NCBI GenBank assembly: GCA_951406725.2
Contig: OX597816.1
Span: 175,336,001-175,400,000 of the forward strand
Source: Octopus vulgaris
Lineage: Eukaryota
Length of the DNA: 64,000 nucleotides
Reading direction: 5' to 3'
Shown: in pieces, positions 41,793-53,525 of the stretch
Layout: every line of letters starts with the position of its first letter
Position numbering within the stretch: position 1 is the stretch's first letter
Made by a program: the position numbers and the translations under genes
Notes under the pieces: generated by a model
Databases searched by the model: none
The model's input: only the letters and a program-made list of their open reading frames with translations
What the model was told of the DNA's origin: nothing

Positions 41793-42096
41793 CTAGTAGC
41801 TTCATAAACCTGAAAAATATTTAATTTCCATTGATGATGAACTACTGGTCTGTTGCTTTATCCATCTCAGATGAAGAAAGGCTGCAGCCAGAGCAGAGCA
41901 GCCATCACCTAGACCTACAAGGATGATACAAAAGAGAAACCATTTAGTTCTGAAGGTGATGCTACAGTGTGGCCTTATTTTTGATGGCTAACATGGCCAA
42001 AACCAATTAAAAGCACTAATGAACTTCATAAAACCAAATACATCATAACATACCTAAGATTTGATTAATTTTTCTTGACTCTCTCTTTACTTTCAC

Positions 42097-42596
42097 TTTT
42101 ACTTGTTTCAGGCATTTGACTGTGGCCATGCTGGAGCACCATTTTTAGTTGAGCACATCGATCCCAGGACTTATTCTTTGTAAGCCTAGTACTTATTCTA
42201 TAGGTCTCTTTTGCCAAACCGCTAAGTTACAGGGACGTAAACACACCAGCATCGGTTGTCAAGCGATGTTGTGGGGACAAACACAGACACACAAACATAC
42301 ACACACACACATACATATATGTATATACATATATACGATGAGCTTCTTTCAGTTTCCGTCTACCAAATCCACTCACAAGGTTTTGTGTATGTTTGTATCT
42401 GTATTTATCCCCTCTTCCACCATCGCTTGACAACCGATGCTTGTGTGTTTATGTCTCCATAACTTAGCGGTTCAGCAAAAGACACAAATAGAATAAGTAC
42501 TAGGCTTACAAAGAATAAGTTCTGGAGTCCACTTGTTCAACTAAAGGTGGTGCTTCAGCATGGCCGCAGCCAAATGACTGAAACAGATAAAAGAGT
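42097..42596. mobile_element. Two partial SINEs fused in inverted orientation
   Basis: 42097-42380 is a minus-strand 3' half and 42381-42596 a plus-strand 3' half of the same family. Confidence 0.85.
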
Positions 42597-42676
42597 ATGC
42601 AACAATACTTCTTTCCCAAATCTTCTGAAGTTAAGAACAATTCTTACTGTAGGTTATGTTAATCTTTTTGTTTGCG

Positions 42677-44650
42677 GTCATAGCCCAACTGATTAGGGAG
42701 AGAGTCAGCTTGGATGAGATGCAGTTTGGTTTCATGCCAGGGAAAAGCACCACTGATGCTATATTTCTGGTAAGACAGCTGCAGGAGAAATACCTAGCCA
42801 AAGTTAAGCCCCTGTACCTGGCTTTCGTTGACATGGAGAAAGCCTTTGACAGGGTCCCCCGATCCCTTATCTGGTGGTCAATGAGGAAACTAAGGATAGA
42901 TAAATGGTTAGTGAGAGCTGTGCGAGCCATGTACAGAGACGCTGCTAGTAAGGTGAGGGTTAGCAACGAGTACAGTGAAGAATTCAGGGTAGACGTAGGG
43001 GTCCACCAAGGTTCAGTCCTCAGCCCCCTCCTATTTATCGTAGTCCTCCAGGCAATAACGGAGGAATTCAAGACAGGATGCCCCTGGGAGCTCCTCTATG
43101 CTGATGACCTTGCTCTAATTGCTGAGTCACTATCAGAACTAGAGGCAAAGTTTCAGGTGTGGAAACAAGGATTAGAATCAAAGGGCCTTAGAATCAACCT
43201 AGCTAAAACCAAAGTCCTAATATGTAGGAAGGCAGGCAAGCCACAAATCCCTTCAGGTAGATGGCCCTGCTTGATCTGTAGTAGAGGCGTAGGTAGAAAC
43301 TCTATAAGATGCACCCAGTGTAAGCTATGGACACATAAGAGGTGCAGCAATGTCAAAGGAAGGCTATCTAGGGAAGATAGTTTTTGTTTGTGGCAGATGC
43401 TCGGGAGCAATAAACACTGAAAATGTGCAGAGACCAACTTCCAGGAAGAAAACTAGAAGTAGTTGATAGCTTCCGTTACCTAGGTGACCAAGTCAGTAGC
43501 GGGTGGGGGGTGCTGAAAGTGTAACTGCTAGAGTAAGAATAGCTTGGGCAAAGTTCAGAGAGCTCTTACCTCTGCTGGCGACAAAGGGCCTTTCACCCAG
43601 AGTAAAAGGTAGACTGTATGATGCTTGTGTACGAACAGCCATGCTACATGGCAGTGAAACATGGGCTGTGACTGCTGAGGACATGCATAAGCCTGCAAGA
43701 AATGAAGCCAGTATGCTCCGATGGATGTGTAATGTCAGTGTTCATACTCGACAGAGTGTAAGTACCTTGAGAAAAAAGTTGGACCTAAGAAGCATCAGTT
43801 GTGGTGTGCAAGAGAGACGTTTGCACTGGTATGGTCATGTGACGAGAATGGCTAAAGATAGTTGTGTGCAAAAGTGCCACACTCTAGCGGTTGAGGGAAC
43901 ATGTGGAAGAGGTAGACCCAGGAAAACCTGGGACGAGGTGGTGAAGCACGACCTTCGAACTTTAGGTCTCACCAAGGAAATGACTAGAGACCGAGACCTA
44001 TGGAAGTATGCTGTGCATGAGAAGACCCGGCAAGACTAGTGAGACCATAACCCGTGGCCTCTACCTGGTATGTAGCCAGTCGACCTATACATACCGTTCC
44101 TTCTTGGGACACAAAACTCCACTTGTGAAGACCCGTTGAGGCAAGTGAAATCAAGTCAATCAAAATCAAATTCGATGACTGGCAGTGGCACATAAAATGG
44201 CACCATTCAAGTGTGATCGTTACCAGCGTCGCCTTACTGGCACTTGTGCCCGTGCTAGTAGGGTGCCAAGAGCACCATCCGAGCGTAATCGTTGCCAGAG
44301 CAGCCAACTGGCTTCCATGCCAGTGGGACGTAAAAGGGCACCATTCGAGCATGATCGTTACCAAAATCACCTTACTGGTACCTGTGCTGGTGGCATGCGT
44401 AAAAGTATTCGAGCGAGGTCATTGCCAGTACCGCCTGACTGGCCTCCATGCCTGTGGCACGTAAAAAGCACCCGCTACACTCTCAGAGTGGTTGGCGTTA
44501 GGAAGGGCATCCAGCTGTAGAAACTCTGCCAGATCAAGATTGGAGCCTGGTGCAGCCATCTGGTTCACCAGCCCTCAGTCAAAATTGTCCAACCCATGCT
44601 AGCATGGAAAGCGGATGTTAAACGATGATGAGGATGATGATGATGATGAC
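42677..44650 (+). mobile_element. 5'-truncated RTE-clade LINE, inverted relative to the 38299-41792 copy
   Basis: ORFs 42656-43420 (YADD) and 43503-44039, 3' UTR and (GAT)n tail at 44623-44649. Confidence 0.93.
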
Positions 44651-45561
44651 TGAAAATAATAAAAGCAGAAAGTCTATTATTTAATTTTCTTTGTTGTCAA
44701 TGGGACATGAAATTTTAATAGTTCACTTGAGCCATATGTTGGAGTTCACATCTCCCCACCCCCATAGAAATTTATCTTTATGGAGACAGTCATTGTGTCA
44801 TACACCAGCTGTTGGTTATTAACTTTAAAATATACTTGATTGACCCATTAACTGCCAAATTTTTCTGTTCATGTTGTGTCTGGGGACACAACATTCTCTT
44901 TTGGTGCCTTAGAATTTAACACACTGACCAATAAAATTTCCACTTATTTCCTTCTTTATTTTTCTAAAATTTTCGTTGTGTCTTGCAACCTTTTCAATAG
45001 TTTTGACTATTCATATTTTTTCACTTTGTTAGGTGTCTTAGGAGTTAAAATGATATAAAGTATTTAAAGTTTCTTCATGTGAATTATTTTGGAAATTATG
45101 ATAAATCTTTTGAAAAGTCCCAAATGGGGATTGCTGAAGAAAAGCATATTTATCCTTTTTATTATTCAATTGCAATAATGAACATTTTAGTTCTTTTGAA
45201 ACTTTGGATGTGAATGTGTATGAAATATCAATGAAGGATATAGATGGGAAATGAAAAAAATAAAGAAAACTTTTCAAAACAGTCAATATTTTTGGAGTTC
45301 AAAAATTGCAATTTATGACATAAAATGTCCCAGAATTAGCCAGCGCTAACAATGACAAACTTGAAACTACCAAATATTGTTAAACAACCTCTGCAAATGC
45401 AATGGACATAAGCAATTCACTTTAAATACAACGAACAACCGACAATGATACTGTTTTAACAGATCCCCAAATGGGGCTAATGGCAGGCAATGGGCTAAAT
45501 AAAGACATTCTAGCTGTGACAAACACACCTTTGATTATTTTTTCTTTCCAAAAGTAGCATT

Positions 45562-46430
45562 TAATAATAATGAAATTTTTGTATACCGTGCTCAGGTGCA
45601 CAACAACTTGTCAAAAGTGCGTATAAAGCATATGCAGTAATGTACAAATGTCTGGGAAGCGAACAGTGTATGAGTCAGATACATGCTTGTGTGTGTATGG
45701 AGGGGAGAAAATCAGGTGTAGTATTGGCGAATCTCAGGAAGCTTGGATGCAGTGCTCTGACAACTAACAACTGATGCCGGCAGTTTGTTCCATACTTCAG
45801 CAACTCTTAGTGTGAAAAAATGTTTCCAAAAGTCATGGGAGCTGTGCTGCTTTCTGACTTTGTAAACATGTCCATGGGTGTTAAACAGGTGGAGTTTGTA
45901 AAGGTGCTCAGAGTTATTGTTTCTAAGATGGTTAATAATTTTATGGGTGTCTGCCAGGTCAGTTGCCAGATGTCAGCATTTCAATGTATCCATTCCCAGG
46001 GAAGTAAGGCATTCAGAATATGGCAAATGCCTGATGGAGGGTATTCTATTGGTTGCACATCGCTGAACGACTTCCAGACAATTAATATCCTGGGCAAGAT
46101 AGGGGTTCCAGACCGATGATGCAAATCCCAGGTGAGGCTGCACCATAGCTATAGAAAGCCTCAGATAGATAGCCAGAGAGCAGCTCACAAAGGACTTGGT
46201 AAGTGATGCCAAGACACCCTCAGCCTTCTTGGCAATTTTAGCAATGTGTTTTGTCCAACGCAAATCACTGCCAACAATAATGCCCAGGTGACGTTCACAA
46301 GAAGACTTGTTTTGAGGTTAGTGTTATGGAGAGAGTAAGTAGTCACTGGGTTTTTCCTCCCAAAATGCATGGTGGTCCGTTTGTCCTCAGCCAGCTTGAG
46401 TTGCCAGTCCATGATCCCGTGTCCAGGTCT
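45562..46430 (-). mobile_element. CR1-clade LINE 3' fragment
   Basis: HFGRKNP, W.KHI..I.KKA and MVQPHL.FASSVWNPY...LE.VQR.AT motifs; (ATT)n tail. The same 3' end recurs at 2396-2625. Confidence 0.82.
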
Positions 46431-46689
46431 GATTGCAATAAAGATCTATCTAATGTCCTTCTTTTTAAAGACTGTAGCATGTGTGATTAGGATATTTCTA
46501 GCAGGTCAAGTGACAATGCAGAAACATAAAATTCTATTTCATTAGGCAGCCTATTTTTCTTTTTCTCGATGGAGTGTACCTGAATGCTATTAAAGAGATT
46601 TGAATACTGGGATTCCAGTATTATAAACATTGATAATAAAGTTGGTGATAAGGTATTTGATTGTACACATTCTGTTCTTAATTAAAGTC

Positions 46690-47090
46690 TTGTTGTGTGG
46701 TAAGAAGCTTGCCTATGAACTATATGGTTCCGGGTTCAGTCCCACTGTGTGGCACCTTGTGCAAATGTCTTCTACTATAGCCTTGGGCCAACCAAAGCCT
46801 TGTGAATGGATTTGGTAGATGGAAACTGAAAGAAGCCCATCGTATGTATGTATATATATATATGTGTGTGTGTGTGTGTATATATGTTTGTGTGTCTGTG
46901 TTTATTCTCCCAATATCGCTTGACAACCGATGCTGGTGTGTTTACGTCCCTGTAACTTAGCGGTTTGGCAAAAGAGACCGATAGAATAAGTACCAGGCTT
47001 ACAAAGAATAAGTCCTGGGGTCGATTTGCTCGACTAAAGGTGGTGCTCCAACATGGCCATAGTCAAATGACCGAAACAAGTAAAAGAGTA
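46690..47090 (+). mobile_element. tRNA-derived SINE (same family as 62386)
   Basis: Colinear similarity to 62386-62786. Confidence 0.85.
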
Positions 47091-47113
47091 TATCCCTTGC
47101 TTTTCTTTATTAA

Positions 47114-47545
47114 CCCCTTTCATTACCATATTTCTGTTAAAATATGCTGCTTTTGTTTTAATTAATTTTGAAACCATGAAGAATTTATTAAAATCATTTT
47201 GTCAATATTAAACTGGAATTTGGAACATAGATGAACATGAAACTTCGAAAGAGAGCTTTCATTTAACCCTTTAGCATTCAGATTATTCCGTTAAATGTAA
47301 TGCTTATTTTTTCATATTGTTTCGAATGAATCATGACTTGTCTTACAGCTTCAAGATTTTGATGATAATGAAGCTTATGTTTAGAATGACATTGTAGGGT
47401 AGGTGTGAAGGGCCAGCTCTAGTAACTTTGAACAGGTATTTGGGCTGGATATGGCTGGTTTAAATGCTAAAGAAGTAAATCACTTTAGAACAGTAAAATT
47501 TAATCATAGAAACAGGCAGTATCAGGTGGGTTGGTATCAAAAGGG
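47114..47545. mobile_element. piggyBac-type MITE with a second MITE (47267-47474) nested at an internal TTAA
   Basis: Outer TTAA-CCCCTTT...AAAAGGG-TTAA; inner TTAA-CCCTTTAGCATTC...AATGCTAAAG. Confidence 0.7.
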
Positions 47546-47673
47546 TTAAACTAATGATTCTTTCTCCTTGCTTCAGGTGTAATTATAATTTTTTAAAATT
47601 TAGAGTCTCTCTGCATTAAGTATGTTAGCACTGATGTTACCATTTCGTTTTCATGCAGAACAAGTCAGTGAGC

Positions 47674-48051
47674 TTTTTACCTCCTCCAAGGAAGGAGGTT
47701 ATCTTTTCATCGGCGTTGGTTTATCCGTCTGTGGGCAAAATAGCTCAAAAAGTTGTGAACGGTATTTGATGAAACTTGCATCAAAAGTTGGTAATGACAC
47801 AACGAACAGATGATGAAATTTTTGTAGTGATCCGGGAATTTTTATGGATTCTTGAAGGATTTTTCATTTGTTGTATTTACTTTACATGAAGTATTACAAT
47901 GTCACGTTCTTTGATTATCTCCCTTGAAAACACGTTTATCGTTTCCACATAACCTACGGTGGCGTTGCTGTTTCCAAAGTTTATTTTCGTTTCTCTATTA
48001 GTAATTTTACTCTCGTATCTATCTTAAAAGTGAGCTGCTTGGTGGAAGTCT
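47674..48051 (+). mobile_element. HINE/DINE-1-like non-autonomous Helentron element
   Basis: T-run then ACCTCCTCCAAGGAAGGAGGT short hairpin at the 5' end, GTCTGT-like segment, subterminal inverted repeat CTTGGTGGAAGT at 48038-48049. Confidence 0.55.
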
Positions 48052-48366
48052 ATTGAGGATGACATGACAATAATGATAACCATATCAGAGACTTGGATCA
48101 ACCCTGAGAACAGTGAAGGTTTTGAGTTGAAGGGACATGTACTGACTCACATAGATTTAATATTGAAATATTTAAGGATTGGATGATAGGAAGGTTTGCT
48201 AATCGTTTTCATTGGTGGGGACCTCAATATATACCTGCTGAATTTAAATAAACACAAAAATGAATGAAGAGTTTAGCAGTGCAATGGGTTTGCTGTATCC
48301 CCAAATCACAAGACCTAGCAGTATTACATCACATTGTGACACTATAATAGAATAAATGTTCACAAA

Positions 48367-48534
48367 CTCTTTTACTTGTTTCAGTCATTTGACTGCGGCT
48401 ATGCTGGAGCACCGCCTTTAGTCGAGCAAATCAACCCCAGGATTTATTCTTTGTAAGCCTAGTACTTATTCTATTGGTCTCTTTTGCCGAACTGCTAAGT
48501 TACGGGGACGTAAACACACCAGCATCAGTTGTCA
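48367..48534 (-). mobile_element. SINE 3' fragment
   Basis: Reverse complement of the family tail (CTCTTTTACTTGTTTCAGTCATTTGACTGCGG). Confidence 0.8.
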
Positions 48535-50477
48535 GCATTGGTTGTTTCTAGACTCTTGATTTTTCTGTGTTAGTTTTGATCCTACACTTACTAAGAATTT
48601 ATTAAAACCAACTGCATCATCCATATTATTTATGGCACAACATTATCAGTGAAACAGTGAGGGCAACTTGAGTTTCCGGATCAATTTCTAGTAACATTTC
48701 TTAACAGACTTTAATGTTGTTTTTATTATTTTCTAATAAAAGGCTGCAAGCTGGTAGAATGGTTGGCATGCTGAACAAAATAACGGGTCCTTATGTTCTG
48801 AATTCAAATTCTACTAAGGTTGATTTTGCCTTGCATTTTTTTAGGGCCAATAAAATAAGTATCAGTTGAGCACTGGGGTCCATGGATTTGACTAGACCCC
48901 TCCCCCAAAATTGCAGGCCTTGTGCCAATAGCAGAAAGGATTATTGTTTAATATTTTATCATCCTGATAGAATGACTGAAACAAGTAAAAGAGAATCCAT
49001 GGGGAAATTCTATTATGTTCCGATCATGTTCCCATGCCTGCTTCCATTGTTACTACCATCAGAGTATACAAACATACAAAGGAGCCTCCATGAAGTTGTT
49101 GAAATAGCAACCAATCCTCGGTCAAATTACATTCTACCTTCTTGAAAATGTTGGGGACATTTTAATATCATCACACTCATCATCATCATCATCACCAACA
49201 TCGTTTAACATCCCTTTTCTATGCTGGCAAGGGTTGGATGATTTGGCAGGATATAGCAAACCAAAGGGTTGTGCCAAGCTCCAGTGCCAGCCGCTTTAGC
49301 ATGTTTTCTACTGCTGGATGCCCTTCCAAATGCCAACCACCTTAGAGTGTGTACTGGGAGACAGCTGCACCAAGCTCCAGTTGTTTGTTTTGATATGGTT
49401 TCTATGGCTGGATGCCCTTCCTAATGCCAACCACTTTACAGAGTGTGGACTGGGTGCTTTTTACATGGCACCAGCACAGGGATTTTTGACATGGAACAAC
49501 ACCAGCGGGGCGGGTGTCACCAAATAACTTGTAAGACAAACACCTCTAAGTTGAGAGAGGGAGTGGAAGTGGCTGTGTGCCAGGGAAGAGGTCAGAGTAT
49601 AACAGAGGGACAGAGATAGTTGTCTTGCTATGGTGGAGATGCTTGGTTACCCCAGAAGGACAAGGAAGAAGGAAGGTGGGAGAGAGTTACTGAGAAAAGA
49701 TAGAGAGATAGTTAGAGAGAGAGAGAAATAGATGGTGTTGGAGATATATTGGGGCTATAAACAGAGGACAGGAGGTGAGTATAAGTAGTACAGAGGGGAT
49801 AGCAAAGCATGTTCCATAAGAGTGTGAGGGGATATGTTAAGAGATGGGGAAGATATGACTGAAGCAAATGCCGATAAAAGAAATAGGAGTGGCTGGATTA
49901 AGGTTGATATGTGAGGGCAGGGAGAGGATGCAGATAGGTACACGAGAGAGAGTGGGAGGGGCTGCAGTAAATGGGGCACATGAAGGAGAATGGAGGCAAG
50001 GGGCATGCAGTAGTTATTGGACTGATGAGGGAGTTTTGACAGAGGACAGATAGGGCGGGCAGCAGGGGTGTATGGCCATAAAGGACATGACTGTATAATC
50101 CACGAATTAAAGCTTTCACAGAACTTTAATCTAATGTATTCACTATGTATGTACAATTGAGTTTTGTTGTTATTCTTGCTTTTTTTGTTCTTGGATTTGC
50201 CTCTGTGTGTGTGTATATAAATAAATAGATGTAGATATATATGTACGTATCGTATGTGTGCATGTATATGTGTGTGTATGTGTAGATGTCAATATACAAA
50301 AATACATAACGCAGTAAAGTATTCCCTTGATGATCCATTGGGGTTAAGCCTCCAGTTCCACTTGGAATATCCAATGCAGAGGTTCAAAACAACCAATCGA
50401 TCCCAACGGGCGAAACGTACGTAGGCAACAAATATAAGCTTGTCTTTATTATAAGTTCACACACACATACACATGAC

Positions 50478-50484
50478 ATATATG

Positions 50485-50570
<86 letters not shown>

Positions 50571-50588
50571 ATATATATATATATATAT

Positions 50589-50620
<32 letters not shown>

Positions 50621-50627
50621 TATAAAT

Positions 50628-50669
<42 letters not shown>

Positions 50670-50670
50670 G

Positions 50671-50726
<56 letters not shown>

Positions 50727-50733
50727 GTGTATA

Positions 50734-50826
<93 letters not shown>

Positions 50827-50842
50827 TACATATATATGTATA
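50478..50842. repeat. Imperfect (TA)n microsatellite
   Basis: Directly visible. Confidence 0.97.
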
Positions 50843-52746
50843 CGAGGGATGCAAGAGTGCGTCTACCTGAAAGTTAACATCACACGCATCTGGTGGTATA
50901 CGCAATCTCTTACACTCTTCTACAATGATTGTCATTCTTCTGATCGAACAACTGGAATATTCCCTAATCGTGGAAACAAACAGAAATCCATTGACTTGCT
51001 TTTTATAACCATCAAACCTAGATTTCAATACCACACCCACGACCACCACCGCCACTACCGCCACCATCAACACCAAAAAAGTGGGGAGGAGGTGAGCAAA
51101 ATTAAAATAAAATAAAAGAACAAGTGTGAAAGACTGTGGTTCACGTAATGCAGGTTTAATTATGAGTAATTGCCCAGTTTCCAAATTGATTTGGAAGATA
51201 GGAAGAATAATTAGAGAAAGCTGTGAGGTGAAAGCGAGGCTTTGCTCTGAATTCCCATCAGGCTCCTCTGTTAACAATGCCAAGAGTCAGGCAGCTGAGG
51301 AGCTTGTTTTTGCTGTGGTAAGTCTCTGAAAATCCTTGTTTGCTTCCAGAGTTGACGCCTAAAACAAAAGAAAAGAGAGGGAAATAGATTGGGGAGGAGA
51401 GAAAAAAATACAGCAACCCTGTTTAGGAACGATGACGTCATTTAATCTGCATAATGGCCTTTTTTTAATTAAGTGTAAAGTTGGGAAAGCTTTGGTGTTT
51501 TGGAAGAGAAGAGAGTTTGGAGTGTTGTAGCGATGGTGGTAGAGTGGAGGCCGAGGGATTTGGGGCCTTTGTACACATGTTGAACTTTTGGCAGAACCAT
51601 TTCTGCAGGAGAAAGCAGAAAAAACAGAACAAAACAAAACAATACATTTATTTTTACGGTCGAATCTATTAAGGAAAGGAAATGTTTTAATGTTTAATGT
51701 TGACTATTATACCCCGACCCTACATATTATTGTTAATTTGTGACTTATTAAGGCTTTGTAGTAAGCTAAGGTTTTAAGAAATAAGAAACATGCATTTGGA
51801 TTTGTTAATAAAGTCGAATAGTTTTTAAAAAAGTGTCTTCTGCTGTTTTTCTCTCTTCGAAATTGTCTTAATTGGTAGAGTTAATTGCTTCCTCTGTTCG
51901 CTCAGCCGTCACAGTTCTCTGTCTGCGGGCATTCCACATAAATATTTATATAAAAACATGAGTATTTGGTTTGACTGGAAGCGAAGGGATTCTGCTGCTT
52001 CACTTTTTGTTATTGTTAACAAACATTGTGGTGGTCGTAGGTTGAATCTCGCCATGTGCGACTGAAACGAAGGAAATAATATTGGGAGCAACACATTAAC
52101 ATTATTTTAATGTTTGAACGATTATTGTTGATCTGTTTAATTTCCTGAGAAGTTATTAAACCCTCAGTTTAGGCTACATTATGTATAATGTCGAAGGGGA
52201 AATGTTTATAGTAATAAATAAGAGTTATAAAGCAATTGCGCAGAAAGTAGCAGTAATTTTAGTGGTAAAGTTCGAATGCTTCACTGTTGACATAAATGTG
52301 TTGAACAGACGTAATTAATTAATCGCTGAGGAAGCCAGCACTTTGTTTAATTAGACGAGATAATTTTTTTAATTAAATACTCTATTTCGATAAAGTAGTG
52401 CATCATTTAGAAACCGTACCCGACTGTGAATTGCAAAGTTTATTTCCAGCTTGTTGGCACATTTAAAGCTTTGCTGATTGTCAGAAACTTGGGGTGGATG
52501 TGAATTTCCTGTTTCCGAAAATCTCAATCCGTTTCCATTGGGAATTCGTTGGGTTTTATCCCAAACTTATTCCATGCACACAACTAACCGCCTCTTATTG
52601 TAAAATCTGTTTTAGTTAAAATTGAATTTCGGGGGTGTTTTTTTTTTCTTAGTTTTTACTTAGCAAAGAATTTCCAAAATTGATTTCCTTATTGCTATTC
52701 TCTCTTCCTTTAAATTTACTATTAACTAATTAGTTCTTGGTCCATA

Positions 52747-52795
<49 letters not shown>

Positions 52796-53239
52796 TGTAT
52801 AGAGGGCATTATTACACATAAATGCCTCACACTAAGAGGGACATAAGTCATTACTACCAAAATTACACTAATCATACCTAATACTTTTCTTCCTTAATTG
52901 TTATCTATCTATCTATCTATCTATCTCTCTATATATATATATCTGTGTGTGTGAGAGAGAGAGAGCATAGAAATAATTAGTAACAATAATTTAGATCTTT
53001 TCCATTTTTATTTAATTTGATGTTAAAAAATGTTTTCTTATAATTTGAGTTGGTTCATGTTTTTATTCTGCTCAATCTGCTGCTTGTATATATTTTTGTT
53101 ATTGGATATGCGTGTGTATTGCAATATTATCTGAAACATAGAGTTTCCTTTACAACTTTTATTGCCAATAAAACTCTTTTTATTGTTTTTTCCCTAATTT
53201 CTTTTAAAACATTTTTTATTGATGTTTGTTGCTGCTCTC

Positions 53240-53525
53240 CGTTAATCGGTTTTTATTCTTTGGTCTTCAACCAGTACAATTCGGACGTCTTCCCACCAGA
53301 AGCCTCCCGACTGCTCCACTCCTCTCGTCTCCTCTTTATTCAGCCAAATAATCTCAGAGGATTCTCTTGTTTTCATCTTTTGTTGACTTTTTCCATTCCG
53401 AAGGCCGCCATGTTTACTTTCCGGTGCTAAGCTCGTCACGTGACCCGCCTTTAACGACGCACTTTTTGTCCCGTTTTGTTGTCATTTTGCCTTCCCTCGT
53501 TTTAGGCCCCGACCGACCCTGCAGC
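53240..53525. promoter_or_regulatory. CpG-rich promoter region, probably of KDM1B and possibly bidirectional
   Basis: Local CpG enrichment with a YY1-type GCCGCCATGTTT (53404-53415), an ETS-like TTTCCGGT (53418-53425) and a perfect palindromic E-box GTCACGTGAC (53435-53444), 2.5 kb upstream of the KDM1B ATG exon. Confidence 0.65.

Noticed and set aside
50487-50866. C-terminal parts of ORFs 50588-51283 and 50487-50831, and N-terminus of 50600-51115
   Set aside because: They run through a (TA)n tract; only the part upstream of the 50867 donor is kept as a candidate exon.
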